A stretch of 63,673 bases of DNA, counting the filler, from Octopus bimaculoides (Eukaryota), in the NCBI RefSeq assembly GCF_001194135.2. It is 4 parts of 3 records of this genome, joined end to end, with 100 filler letters (N's around TTAATTAATTAA, not from the genome) between each part and the next. Parts side by side here need not be neighbours in the genome. Positions count along the whole stretch, not along the records: positions 21,407 to 31,535 come from NC_068993.1; positions 31,636 to 56,484 come from NC_068991.1; 2 more parts are not named here. The stretch is one strand, 5' to 3'. Both the position numbers and the translations under genes were made by a program. The notes beneath the pieces were generated by a model. The model had not been told where the DNA came from, ran no database searches, and saw only the letters and a list, made by a program, of their open reading frames with translations. Numbering within the stretch: the first letter of the stretch is position 1; the number at the start of each line of letters is the position of its first letter. This document shows, piece by piece, positions 24,850 to 39,225 of the stretch.

Positions 24850-25880
24850 AACAAAATCTTTCATGAGCTCCAAGTGATCACATGACCCCAGTTGTGAACC
24901 ATTGGCGAAGGATGTGCTGTGTGAGCTGGTGACTGTGCAGAATATGCGATCCGTGCATTATAGGGAATTATAGTTTATTTTAGAATGGTAAGTCTGTGAA
25001 CTCTTGTATTCTTCCTAATGAAGTTTTTTTTTTTTTTTTCATGTTCTTTGCTTTCATACTCAGTGCACCAATTATTACTGATGGTATTCTGTTCTCATAA
25101 TCTATTTCCAGGTCATTATACTTTGAAAGACTTTCGGTTTCTACCTGGATGCTGTTTAAACCGAGAGGAACCAGAGTTTTTATTAGAGTACATAAATTTT
25201 CCTCTCTATCTTTAATTGTCATATCTAGAAGATTAATTTTGACCTCATTGTCAGTCCTGACAGTTCATAGTCACATCCAGGGTTTGGAATATGCTTACAG
25301 TATTGTTTCAGCGTTCACGTGGAAGATTCGGAATACTTCCCAGCGGACGCATAGCCAGCCATGTCTGTAGATATATATCTGTAGACATATTCAGTCTTGG
25401 CAAAGACGAGACAGTGAGAAATTATTGTATTACTTTATATTTATGGCATAGTCTGAAAGTTAGCGTCTTGTTTTATTATTTTATTTTCGAAGTTCACTTA
25501 ACGTCCAATTTATAATATTATCTCTGTAGTTTACGACTACGGTGGCTCGTGTATTTATGCCTGCAATAATATTTCTTGCATTGATTCTGTTTTTAATCGT
25601 AGTCTGACTGTTCTGTAAAACTCGTTTCTAATTTTCTCCTTCATTTATATATGTTGTATCTTATCAGTTTCATCTTCTTCTAAATACTTTTAGAGGTGGT
25701 TCTCTTGTAATTCTCTGATTTCCATGTCTGAATCGAATGTTGTATCGTTTTAAGTTTTAATTAATTTGCCTTTGTCTTATTTCTTTAATCGCATATTAAT
25801 TTTCATATCACTTATTGAATTCACTGACAGCTTTTGTCAAGTGTTTCAACTAGAGTTTTGTCTTTTGCATGAAGTTTTAA
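24850..25880 (-). mobile_element. Old R4/Dong-like non-LTR retrotransposon remnant (RT thumb to REL endonuclease)
   Basis: Broken frames give MKEKIRNEFYRTVRLRLKT and DMTIKDRE..TESLSKYNDLEID..IPSVIIGAL, homologous to the 50087 peptide; the 3' UTR shares CACAGCACAT. Confidence 0.8.
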
Positions 25881-26949
25881 ATCATTCATAGACATAATCA
25901 CAGGCATGGCTGTGTGATTAAAAAGCTCGCGCTCTGCATCTACGGGGTTTGGGGTTCAGTCCCAGCGCATGGCAACAAGTTACCAAGAGAATATTGGCGA
26001 TGATACGAGAGAGAAGAAATAGAAACAGAGAGGAAACAGGAGAAATTATGTTGCTAACGTGAGAAAGTACAAATTGGTAATTAGATTGAAAAGTGGAAAG
26101 TCGAAGTCAGTGTAAAGAGAAAGAGTGTGGTTATAAGAGAGAAGCGAGAAACCTGAGAGGAATAATTCGAGAAGGAGAAGGGGGGGGGGTATAAAACAGG
26201 AAAAGATGGAGTGGGGAACGAGAAAACTAAGCTGATAGATAAAGCAGGAACATAGGAGAGGGTTGTGTAAGAGGAAGGATAATGAGGTGGAGGGTAAAAA
26301 CGAGAAGGTAGCAACGGATAAGAGAAGAGAAGAGAAAGGTAAAAACAAGGACAGAATAAGGGTATGGAAAGCGGTAAAAATTGAAGAATGGAAAAGAAAA
26401 ATGAACGAGGAAGCGGTGGATTAACCACTAAATCAGCGTTTGACAGCATATGTATGAAGATATTCGAAATGTCGAGAATGTCTACAGAATATTTTTTAGG
26501 AACTTGAGTGAAAGATACATACACGGATTCGTACATTTAAAACTAGTTAAAACATTTAAAATAATTGAAGTAATTTAGAGTCTCTTAAAACAATTAAAAC
26601 AATCTAAATGATGAGGATAAAACAAAATTTATAATACAATTTAATGTTTAAAACTTGTTAATAGAATTTAAAATAATTTCAATTCTTGGATCTTCCTTTC
26701 CATAACACTGAGTAATTATTGCGTTTTTGGTTTTGTTTACTTATTTGTTTTCCATTTTGTAGAATGAATTCGTTTCTACAAGAACGCCATTTGGTAGCTT
26801 GACTTGATGCCACGAAGGAACTAGAAACTGAGAGCATTAAGAATATTTTCCCTGAAGTAATTCAAAGAAAAGGGTAGGCAGATATGAGAATGTATATATG
26901 TATATATATGTATATATATATATAAACAATATATGAGTATATGCATATA

Positions 26950-27121
26950 TATGTACATGTGTGTATATACCTTCATCCACATGTACACATAGATACATAA
27001 CTGGGTACATGACGTGGCAAAAGAACATGGACAAAATGATAAACAAGGTACAACAAACAAGCAAGCCACATAGAAACATCTCCTTCATCAGCTGCCACCA
27101 TTAAAACACCGGCGTTTCGAT
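26950..27121 (-). mobile_element. Unclassified dispersed repeat E, copy 2
   Basis: Minus CGAAACGCCGGTGTT..GCTGATGAAGGAGATGTTTCTATGTGGCTTG..GTACCCAG. Confidence 0.7.
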
Positions 27122-27277
27122 ATATATATATATATACATTAACATATGTTGGTAAATCTACAGTTATACACATATACGCATACGTGTGTAAAATATAAAT
27201 ATGTCTGAGTGCAAAATGTTCTTAGTGGTCAGTGATAGTTTTCTTCGGCCAAGAGTGGACAGCCATCATATAACCAG

Positions 27278-27314
27278 ATAGCTAGCTAGCTAGCTAGCTA
27301 GCTAGCTAGCTAGC

Positions 27315-27396
<82 letters not shown>
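27278..27396. repeat. (GCTA)n-(GATA)n compound tetranucleotide repeat
   Basis: Directly visible. Confidence 0.97.
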
Positions 27397-27742
27397 TGTA
27401 TGTAATTGCTTCCTTGAACAAACGAAATTTCTGTCCAACAAGAATCATTCTATTGACTCACAATGCTATTTAATTTCTAACCAACGAACTCTGGTTTTCC
27501 CTCAAAAAATGCGCAACAATGATTATGAGCAGAAGTTACGGATGGCAATCTGCCGTTTTAGGTGTTTTCAGAGAAGAGATAAGTGGAAGGACAAAACCTC
27601 ACTCAAAATCCATAGAATTAAATAAATTCTCTTTAGAATATCTGAACTGAGAGGCAACCTGCTAAATAGCAACTGTTACCCCAGCAAGAAAGAAAATAAA
27701 TTGGAGCCGTTAAAGCCAATTCTTACATCCGTATGTTACTTG

Positions 27743-27807
<65 letters not shown>

Positions 27808-29320
27808 NNNNNNNNNNNNNNNNNNNNNNNNNNNNNNNNNNNNNNNNNNNNNNNNNNNNNNNNNNNNNNNNNNNNNNNNNNNNNNNNNNNNNNNNNNNNN
27901 NNNNNNNNNNNNNNNNNNNNNNNNNNNNNNNNNNNNNNNNNNNNNNNNNNNNNNNNNNNNNNNNNNNNNNNNNNNNNNNNNNNNNNNNNNNNNNNNNNNN
28001 NNNNNNNNNNNNNNNNNNNNNNNNNNNNNNNNNNNNNNNNNNNNNNNNNNNNNNNNNNNNNNNNNNNNNNNNNNNNNNNNNNNNNNNNNNNNNNNNNNNN
28101 NNNNNNNNNNNNNNNNNNNNNNNNNNNNNNNNNNNNNNNNNNNNNNNNNNNNNNNNNNNNNNNNNNNNNNNNNNNNNNNNNNNNNNNNNNNNNNNNNNNN
28201 NNNNNNNNNNNNNNNNNNNNNNNNNNNNNNNNNNNNNNNNNNNNNNNNNNNNNNNNNNNNNNNNNNNNNNNNNNNNNNNNNNNNNNNNNNNNNNNNNNNN
28301 NNNNNNNNNNNNNNNNNNNNNNNNNNNNNNNNNNNNNNNNNNNNNNNNNNNNNNNNNNNNNNNNNNNNNNNNNNNNNNNNNNNNNNNNNNNNNNNNNNNN
28401 NNNNNNNNNNNNNNNNNNNNNNNNNNNNNNNNNNNNNNNNNNNNNNNNNNNNNNNNNNNNNNNNNNNNNNNNNNNNNNNNNNNNNGTGGTGGTTGTGGTG
28501 GTGGTGGTGGTGGTTGTGGTGGTGGTGCTGCTGCTGTTGCTGCTAGTAGTAATAGGGAGAAGTGGCAGTTGAGGTGGTGCTTACTTGCCAACATCGTTTA
28601 GATGAGTAAATTTTTTACTGCGAGAATTATCATTATTTCTCAAGGCTAACAAGGAGTTCATTTTCATTTTGGATATTATTCCAAACAAGGGATATAATTA
28701 ACCATTTTCCAATGTTTAACGCCACTCAGCCACCCACTCTACTACTGCTAGGAGCCAACAAGGTCGGTTTTCTAAGACATTTCCATTTCCATTGTATTTT
28801 TATCGTCTTACTGCAAGGCTTAAAATGGCTCCTTGTTTTACGGGAACTGCCCCCGAAAGAAACTAAATTGAACAGAGCAAAACTGTTGCTAAACATAAAA
28901 AGTAGTTTTTAAAAAATATTAATGAATACATAAGCAAACAAATGACAAAAAATGGCAAACTAATAACATTTTGGGGAAAAGAACATAGCATAACAACAAC
29001 AACAACAACAACATCAGCAGCAGCAGCAGCACGTGTGCACTTGCTTTGCCAAATGAATTTTTCAAATAATAACTAAGTGCAATCGATTGCAAATGTTCCT
29101 TCGAAGAAGGAGGCGCGAAATATGGGACATTTTGTTGAAAGAAGTAAAGCTGTCGGCATTATTTTCGTGAGATCGTCGCCAACTTAGCGCGGTCTACCAT
29201 AGAGAGTCGTGCAACATACCTACACCATCTACTCTTCGCATGTATTTGAATTTATTTCTATCCTGGTTCACACTTCTTTCTACTTGATACATTGCTTCGA
29301 TATCACATTGAAATCACACA

Positions 29321-29374
<54 letters not shown>

Positions 29375-29859
29375 TCGCCATTCACTCACCATCTTGTCTC
29401 TTTGACACATAAACGATCACCCACTCCAACCACTCTTCATACACACACACACACACACATACACACACACATATACACACACACAGACATACACAAATAC
29501 AGACACACACATATAACACTGTCACACGTTACCCCTTTTCTCCACGTACACACACGCAGCAGAGATACATATACACTTGCACCGATGCACACTCACCCAC
29601 ACATACACTCGCACGCACACACACACACACACATGCACACGCACACACACACACACACACACATCCCTCCTCCAACACCCGTTCCTGTTTTACTTGTCTG
29701 CTGTGTGTCACACCTTCCTTGTCACCGACAAGCTTTCTAACACACACATCCGTACACGTATTACTTCTATTACTTACTGCCCTTTACTCTCCGCTCTTCT
29801 TTCTGAAGAGATTTTTCTTTCGATCTCGCCATATTGTTTCACACAATGTGCTTTTAGCC

Positions 29860-30100
29860 GACCTGTGCGTTGTGTTCTTGAACAAAACCTACAAAGTACT
29901 TCATTTCACGTTACTCTGTGATCACTCTTCGATATCTGACGTGTTGAACACCACACACCTGTATATATAATGTCAATTTGACGGACGGAGTGAGCTAATG
30001 TCCGGCACATGCACTTGGTCACTCTAAAACAAGTCATCTACGCAGGTTGTTCAGCAAGAAATATCGGAAGCCCCATCTGTCGTCAACAAGACACCATGCA
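29860..30100 (+). mobile_element. Degenerate family-B-related SINE body
   Basis: GTTGTGTTCTTGA..GTCAATTTGACGGACGGAGTGAGCT..CATCTGTCGT is shared with 34990-35300. Confidence 0.6.
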
Positions 30101-30139
30101 AAAAGACAATGTCTGTATGCATACATTTATGAACATAAG

Positions 30140-30513
30140 TGGAGGCGCAATGGCCCAGTGGTTAGGGCAACGGACTCGCGGTCATAAGATCGCGGTTTCG
30201 ATTCCCAGACCGGGCGTTGTCAGTGTTTATTGAGCGAAAACACCTAAAGCTCCACGAGGCTCCGGCAGGGGATGGTGGCGAACCCTGCTGTACTCTTCCA
30301 TCACAACTTTCTCTCACTCTTACTTCCTGTTTCTGTTGTGCCTGTAATTCAAAGGGTCAGCCTTGTCACACTGTGTCACGCTGAATATCCCCGAGAACTA
30401 CGTTAAGGGTACACGTGTCTGTGGAGTGCTCAGCCACTTGCACGAGCAGGCTGTTCCGTTGATCGGATCAACTAGAACCATCGACGTCGTAAGCGACGGA
30501 GTGCCAACAACAA
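30140..30513 (+). mobile_element. SINE family C, full length with 11-bp TSD
   Basis: A box TGGCCCAGTGG, B box GGTTTCGATTCC, (CAA)n tail; ATGAACATAAG at 30129-30139 and 30514-30524; ~90% similar by eye to 62507-62902. Confidence 0.95.
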
Positions 30514-30539
30514 ATGAACATAAGCAAACTAATAAGATA

Positions 30540-30582
<43 letters not shown>

Positions 30583-30963
30583 CACGTAGATAATTAAGAC
30601 TTTCTCGTTTTAAAAATTAAAGAAAATATGTTTGCTGCAATTGTGATACAGGAAGACAATTATTCTGCTGTTGTATGTTCTTAGCTTTGAAGACCCAAAA
30701 ATATTTTGACAAATGTTTAACATTCCCTTAACGTCACTCAATATCTTTCTCTTTCTCTCTCCCTCTCTGTCTATATTTTTGTCTTTCTTTTCCCCTCTCT
30801 CTCTCTCTCTCTACCTCTCTCTCTCTCTCTCTCTCTCTCACTCGCTATCTTTCCTTCTCTCTCTCTCACTCTGTCTCTCCCAGTGTGTATCCATCTCTTG
30901 GTATCTCGCGTCAATCTATCCTTGTTTGACTACGGCCAAAGGCATTTGCTTAAATTTTAGATT

Positions 30964-31009
<46 letters not shown>

Positions 31010-31479
31010 ATGTATGTATATATATATATATATACACATATACATATAAATATATACATATGCAAGTGTAGATACGTGCGTGTGGCCGTGTCTGTGTTCG
31101 TGTTTGTGCGTGTGTTCCTAATCTAATTCTTATTTTATCGCTTTGGCCTAGCATCGTAATGTCGTGATCAACATCTCTCTACTTACACCAATAACACTTT
31201 TCTCTCTCTCTCTCTCCTTTTCTCTCTCTCTCTCTTTCTCAATCCCTCACTCTCTCTCTCTCTATTTTTCTTTATTCATTCACCCATTCTATTTTTCTGT
31301 CAGTTCAGTCGTCCTTCCCATTCTTCCTTTCATTCTCCGACCCCACCCCGCATACGTATGTGTCCATGCACACACATGCACACACGCACACACACACACA
31401 CACACACAAATATGTGTGAAAATACACATATATCCACCATATCTTTTTATATTCTTATTCCTTTCTCTTTCCCCTACTA

Positions 31480-31535
<56 letters not shown>

Positions 31536-31635
31536 NNNNNNNNNNNNNNNNNNNNNNNNNNNNNNNNNNNNNNNNNNNNTTAATTAATTAANNNNNNNNN
31601 NNNNNNNNNNNNNNNNNNNNNNNNNNNNNNNNNNN

Positions 31636-31709
<74 letters not shown>

Positions 31710-31846
31710 AAGTACACACACACACACACACATACTTACATACGTACATATATATATATATATGTATATCTGCATACATTCATTTGTAGATGCATACATA
31801 ACCGCATACATGCACGAATTCACAGATATACATGTATGTATGTGTA

Positions 31847-31889
<43 letters not shown>

Positions 31890-32349
31890 CAGTGAGGTTA
31901 TGCATGTGCTCAAACACCTATATATATACACACACACACACACAGAGGTATGTATACAAATATTTATATATACATACATATATATATATCCATACGCACA
32001 CACGTACATACATACACACACACATACATACATACATACATACATACGTACCTACATATGTAGTGAGCGCATGCGCCGGAGTATTTGTTGTGTCTTAGTG
32101 AAGCGGAAAAAAGGCAAGAGATAAGTTTCAAGTTGGCTGGTTATGGCGGGGCAGAGCCCATTCAAGCAGACATTGGCAATTAGCGAGAGAGGAAGGCCAG
32201 TTCAATCTGCTTCTGCAAGATTACACTTGGCTGTCAGAATGTGCAATAATGTGCAGTACACTTGGCACCGTACTTTTCATTGGTCTACCGAGAGGTGGAT
32301 GCATGTGTGTATGTATGCATGGAGACATTGTGTGTGTATATATATACAT

Positions 32350-32420
<71 letters not shown>

Positions 32421-33064
32421 NNNNNNNNNNNNNNNNNNNNNNNNNNNNNNNNNNNNNNNNNNNNNNNNNNNNNNNNNNNNNNNNNNNNNNNNNNNNNNNN
32501 NNNNNNNNNNNNNNNNNNNNNNNNNNNNNNNNNNNNNNNNNNNNNNNNNNNNNNNNNNNNNNNNNNNNNNNNNNNNNNNNNNNNNNNNNNNNNNNNNNNN
32601 NNNNNNNNNNNNNNNNNNNNNNNNNNNNNNNNNNNNNNNNNNNNNNNNNNNNNNNNNNNNNNNNNNNNNNNNNNNNNNNNNNNNNNNNNNNNNNNNNNNN
32701 NNNNNNNNNNNNNNNNNNNNNNNNNNNNNNNNNNNNNNNNNNNNNNNNNNNNNNNNNNNNNNNNNNNNNNNNNNNNNNNNNNNNNNNNNNNNNNNNNNNN
32801 NNNNNNNNNNNNNNNNNNNNNNNNNNNNNNNNNNNNNNNNNNNNNNNNNNNNNNNNNNNNNNNNNNNNNNNNNNNNNNNNNNNNNNNNNNNNNNNNNNNN
32901 NNNNNNNNNNNNNNNNNNNNNNNNNNNNNNNNNNNNNNNNNNNNNNNNNNNNNNNNNNNNNNNNNNNNNNNNNNNNNNNNNNNNNNNNNNNNNNNNNNNN
33001 NNNNNNNNNNNNNNNNNNNNNNNNNNNNNNNNNNNNNTATATATATATATATATATACATATAT

Positions 33065-33096
<32 letters not shown>

Positions 33097-34619
33097 GGTT
33101 GTGTTTATACGTACACACACGTTAATATACGTACATATATCCATATTTCCACTCATTTTTACTTATATGTATCTAAGTTTGTATATGTACATGCTTGTAT
33201 GTATGTGTGTATATATGCATGTATCTCTATATGTGTATTTATGTATATGCGCGTGTGTGTGTCTGTGTGTGTTTATGTCTGTGTCGAAATACTTGCTTAC
33301 AAATATTTTCGTGGTAGGGCAACGAGTGTGCGATTAGTTGTGTTTTCTACACACGCACCCACAAACACACACATATGCACACATACTCACACACACAGAC
33401 GTTCAGACAAATACACAGAGGAGTGCATCTGTTGGTGTACATGTAGACATACATACATACAAACCGACAGGCGCTGGAACACACATACACACACATATAT
33501 TTAAATTTCGTGCATGAATATATCGTATATAAATATATATACATACATGCACATGTTTACTGTATGTTTATATATTAATACATGCGTAAACACATACATG
33601 TATATATAGTTTACGCATAAACGCATGTATACGTCATACATGAAATACAAAACAAAAAAAACAAGAAAAAGAAACGAAAGCTAACACCCCCACTAAACAA
33701 CAAATATATACACATCTCTGTGTGTATATACACACATATTTACATGCATGTGTATGTATTCATGTATTTATGTGTTGATATACATATATATATATATATA
33801 NNNNNNNNNNNNNNNNNNNNNNNNNNNNNNNNNNNNNNNNNNNNNNNNNNNNNNNNNNNNNNNNNNNNNNNNNNNNNNNNNNNNNNNNNNNNNNNNNNNN
33901 NNNNNNNNNNNNNNNNNNNNNNNNNNNNNNNNNNNNNNNNNNNNNNNNNNNNNNNNNNNNNNNNNNNNNNNNNNNNNNNNNNNNNNNNNNNNNNNNNNNN
34001 NNNNNNNNNNNNNNNNNNNNNNNNNNNNNNNNNNNNNNNNNNNNNNNNNNNNNNNNNNNNNNNNNNNNNNNNNNNNNNNNNNNNNNNNNNNNNNNNNNNN
34101 NNNNNNNNNNNNNNNNNNNNNNNNNNNNNNNNNNNNNNNNNNNNNNNNNNNNNNNNNNNNNNNNNNNNNNNNNNNNNNNNNNNNNNNNNNNNNNNNNNNN
34201 NNNNNNNNNNNNNNNNNNNNNNNNNNNNNNNNNNNNNNNNNNNNNNNNNNNNNNNNNNNNNNNNNNNNNNNNNNNNNNNNNNNNNNNNNNNNNNNNNNNN
34301 NNNNNNNNNNNNNNNNNNNNNNNNNNNNNNNNNNNNNNNNNNNNNNNNNNNNNNNNNNNNNNNNNNNNNNNNNNNNNNNNNNNNNNNNNNNNNNNNNNNN
34401 NNNNNNNNNNNNNNNNNNNNNNNNNNNNNNNNNNNNNNNNNNNNNNNNNNNNNNNNNNNNNNNNNNNNNNNNNNNNNNNNNNNNNNNNNNNNNNNNNNNN
34501 NNNNNNNNNNNNNNNNNNNNNNNNNNNNNNNNNNNNNNNNNNNNNNNNNNNNNNNNNNNNNNNNNNNNNNNNNNNNNNNNNNNNNNNNNNACCACCACCA
34601 GCACCATCTGCATCACCAT

Positions 34620-34930
34620 CATCATTATTATTTTTATTATTTTTATTATTTAGATTATTGTTGCTTTGTTTTATGTTCCAAGTCTCACCCAGAGATCTCA
34701 AGTAACAGCAAGTTGAACATCTTACCCTGGCCGTTATTTGATGATTGATATCCTCTGCATTGATATCTGGGCAGGAGAAGGAGACAAGATTCTGAGAACT
34801 AAGATTCATATTTTCAAGACGACAATGTCATTCCTAGGATGTGAGTGATACCCTTAGAGTACCCCGATTCCTTGGTGTTTGGCCATAGTGTCTCACAGTG
34901 CCCCTTCATATTGACCCCAAAGCTCCGATG
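34620..34930 (-). mobile_element. 3' fragment of a REL-type LINE ending in (TAA)-like repeats
   Basis: Minus GITHILGMTL resembles the terminal GTAHILRKTL; GAGATCTCTGGGTGAGACTTGGA is followed by AATAAT repeats. Confidence 0.5.
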
Positions 34931-34989
34931 GTCACAAGTATAGTTAGTACTTGCTTATCTATTTAGCAGAGATTTTAGCTTGAGAATAT

Positions 34990-35300
34990 GAAGTCGCGCG
35001 GCCTAGGGGGTCAGGATGTTGCACTCACGATCGGAAGATCGGAGTTTCGATTCCCGGACAGTTCGATGTGTTGTAGTCTTGAGCTAAACATTTGGTTTCA
35101 TTTTGCTCTGCGATCACATTGGCATCTGAGATGTGGGACACTGTGCACTTGTAAAGGGAGCGTCGATTTGATGGAGAGAGTGAGCTTATGTACAACACAA
35201 ATATTTGATCACTAGAAACAAATCATCCTCTGAGCAGGCTGTTCAGCTGGAAGTTTGCAGAACCATCATCTGTCGTTGATGAGAGGTGAGCCAACAATAG
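34990..35300 (+). mobile_element. Degenerate family-B-related tRNA SINE
   Basis: GGAGTTTCGATTCCCGGAC B box; body shared with 29860-30100. Confidence 0.65.
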
Positions 35301-35664
35301 ATTGCCGTGGGTAAATCGATCAGGAATCGAACAGATTTATTCAAGCAAACCTTCGTGTGCATCTTGGGAAAAGTCTTCAACTCCGAATTTAATCAGATTC
35401 ATGGGCCAAGAATTATCAATCATAGTCTCCTTGATTACGCCGCCATTCTCAATTCTAACAAAGCTAGGTCTGTTCCTGTCTGTTTGCTAAAAGTTTAGAA
35501 GGAACGTAACTAAATACCAAAAGACCATCTTGTCTGACACTCTAAAGATTCTGTCAAGACCATTGTTCCTATAAAAATGTTGAATAAAGATGACGACGAC
35601 GGTGAGGATAATATTAAAAATAATAAAAGAAACAAACACATCAATAATAAAACGGTCACTAGAA

Positions 35665-35736
<72 letters not shown>

Positions 35737-35750
35737 CATCAATAATAATG

Positions 35751-35802
<52 letters not shown>
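35665..35802. repeat. (TTA)n followed by (TAA)n
   Basis: Directly visible complementary trinucleotide tracts. Confidence 0.95.
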
Positions 35803-35803
<1 letters not shown>

Positions 35804-36254
35804 TTTACATTATTTCTGAGTAAATTTAGCTAATATTTCAGAGAATTAAAGCCACTTTAATTACCAGCTCCATTCACAGACTGGAAAAGTTTTTAATGGC
35901 GACTGTGCTATTTCCGCTATGTAATTTCCGGTCTCTAATGCTGGCCATATAATACATAAAATTATTATCGTTTGGTCTCCGCTAAATAATCCACGTTTTC
36001 GTGATTTATTTTCTGTCTTAGAATTTTCAAATCTGTTTTTCATTTTAAATATGTTATTCGTTAGTATTATGATTACTACTCACCCCACCCCACACACTCT
36101 CACACATATAACACATATAGATACACACTCATACATACACACACGCGCGCGCGCAACACACACGCATATATATTTAAATGCACGCAAAAACATCTATGTA
36201 TTTATATGTATACAGAGATATATACCTTGTTTTTTCTTTATCTATCTATCTATC

Positions 36255-36291
<37 letters not shown>

Positions 36292-36657
36292 GGGATGAGA
36301 GAGGAGGAAAGAGAGAAATAAAAGGAAGAGAAAGAAAGTATTTGTCAATATAGAACTGAAATTTACACTCTTATAAACATACACACACATACACACACAG
36401 ACACACACGCACGCACACACGCACAAACACACGCACACGCACGCACACACGCACAAACACACACACACACACACTTGCATGCGAAAAACCACGTGGTTCC
36501 CTTGCCATCGTCCACATGCCGCCATTTTGTATTGTTCTCTTCACATTTATGTGAAAAGTGAAATATAAAATGGCTGACTAGGAGTACAGAAAGAGTACAG
36601 CGCTGAGTTTTTGATTTTTTAATTTGTTGACTTTTAATCACAACTCTTTCTGGTACA

Positions 36658-36710
<53 letters not shown>

Positions 36711-36711
<1 letters not shown>

Positions 36712-36761
36712 GATATGTATGTATGTATGTATGTATGTACGTACGTACGTACGTATGTACG

Positions 36762-36792
<31 letters not shown>

Positions 36793-37047
36793 TTATATTT
36801 ATGTATGTATGTACGTATGCACATACCTACGTACGTACGTATGTATGTATGTATGTACATACATACATAAATATAAATACATACATACATACATACATAT
36901 ATACGTACATACGTACGTACGTACGTATGTACGTATATATGTATGTATGTATGTATGTATTTATATTTATGTATGTATGTACGTATGCACATACCTACGT
37001 ACGTACGTATGTATGTATGTATGTACGTACGTACGTACGTATGTACG

Positions 37048-37078
<31 letters not shown>

Positions 37079-37165
37079 TTATATTTATGTATGTATGTAC
37101 GTATGCACATACCTACGTACGCACGTATGCATGTATGTATGCATGTATGTATGTATGTATACATA
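36711..37165. repeat. Compound (TATG)/(TACG) satellite with higher-order units and an internal inversion
   Basis: GTATTTATATTTATG occurs three times forward and once inverted (CATAAATATAAATAC, ~36866). Confidence 0.85.
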
Positions 37166-37391
37166 CATATGTTTATATATATATACATTTACACACATAC
37201 GCACACATACACATACATGTATATATATTATATATATATATGTGTGTGTTTGTGTGTGTGTGTGCGCGCGCGCATGCGGATTTAAGACGTCTAAGAGTCC
37301 ATAAGTCAGGGAAAAATGCACTTGTACAACCGTCGATTGATTGGATGTATTACTCGAAGTGTACAGTATTATGTATTCATTAGAGCCAATC

Positions 37392-37592
37392 TTAACAATC
37401 AGTTTCACACTATAGGGTTCAACGGAGTGTTAAGTAATTGTTCGATTATGCAACCCCTGCACTCTTCAGAAGTAGCCGTTATGGAATGAAATACTTCATC
37501 CGATAACAGCTATCTCTGAAGAGCGCAGGATTACACAATCAGACAGTTATCTAACACTCCGTTGATCCCCTAGCGTGAAACCGATTGGTTAG
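37392..37592. mobile_element. Fold-back (hairpin) element, ~99-bp arms with ATAC loop
   Basis: 37392-37490 is the degenerate reverse complement of 37495-37592; mismatches are mostly transitions. Confidence 0.85.
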
Positions 37593-37995
37593 CTCGGCTG
37601 TAATAGATATATATACTACTGTAAACTTCGATTAACATATTTGTGTGAGTGCGCGCGCGCACGTTTATCAGAGTTTTATCTTTACAATTATCAATTACAC
37701 CCCACACATGTATTATCTCTGTTTCCTCTTTAAGACTATATTTACAAATATTTCAAAATAAACTTTACAATATCCTTAAGTATCAACCTGGCTTCGTCAA
37801 CCGCTTCTATGTCAAGAAGAAGAAGATAAGCGGTGACATGCTATCTTCTAAATTTGCACTCAGTTGTTTATCTCCCTTGATTTCGATGTTTGCCGAGAGA
37901 AGTGAAACGGTGCAACAAGCGATTGCAAATTAGATGAATTAGTAACGCTAGAGGTATGAGGTTCAAATATCGGAAATGGGCATGCTGTTCCTTTA

Positions 37996-38068
<73 letters not shown>

Positions 38069-39184
38069 ATTTCATACCTATGTGTCTAGGTATTATTTAA
38101 TACCGAGACGTATGCACATACATACATACATACAAACATACATACATACATATATNNNNNNNNNNNNNNNNNNNNNNNNNNNNNNNNNNNNNNNNNNNNN
38201 NNNNNNNNNNNNNNNNNNNNNNNNNNNNNNNNNNNNNNNNNNNNNNNNNNNNNNNNNNNNNNNNNNNNNNNNNNNNNNNNNNNNNNNNNNNNNNNNNNNN
38301 NNNNNNNNNNNNNNNTATATATATAAACGTATGTATGTATATCTATTTCTATACATCGATATATCCATATATATATACATACATACATATATACATGTAT
38401 ATGTATATACACAAACAGATAACATTATACGTGCATCTTCTCGAGTGATTTCTTGAGTGTAGAATTGGTATCGTAATGAGGCAGCGGTAATGGTGACTTT
38501 CGTTTTTAGTCCCGCGTTAACCTTGATAGAAAAGAGCTATGAACAAAAGGCATTCCAGCCGTGGCCATTCCACTTTGTATTCATGCAATCATTTCCTAGA
38601 CCCACCTTCCCTAACGTGAGCTTCTGTCCTTTAAGTTAGCATAATGCGATTTGGGAGGGATTAGGTCGTTATTTCGGGTGCATCGAGCATCTCCAATCAG
38701 AGATAATGCCACCGCGCTGGATTTTGTAAAGGAGGCGCACATACTAAGATAATGTAAGGTCACGCCCATTTATATCTGCCCGCCCACTTGTATATTCTGT
38801 TAAGATACTCTTCGCTCTCGTAATGAATTTGAAAAAGCTCCGCCTCCTTTATCCGCCCACAAATCTTGAAGGAAAAAACCGAACTGGCTGTGTGATTTAG
38901 AAACTGGCTCTGAAACTATGTCTATGCATGTATGTATGTATGTGAGTGTATGTATGTACGTATGTATGTATGTATGTCTGTATGTATGTATGTATGCATG
39001 TATGTGTGTATAGGTGTATGTATATATATGTATGTATGTATATGTGTACGTATGTATGTATATATGTATGTATGTGTGTGTGTGTATATGTGCGTGTATG
39101 TATGTATGTATGCATGCATGTGTGTGTGTATATGTGTGCGTGTGTGTATGTATGCATGTGTGTGTATGTGTCTATGTAGGTATG

Positions 39185-39225
<41 letters not shown>

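Noticed and set aside
30140-30215. tRNA genes at SINE heads (also 15625, 17490)
   Set aside because: A/B boxes are present but there is no complete cloverleaf, and they run into SINE bodies.
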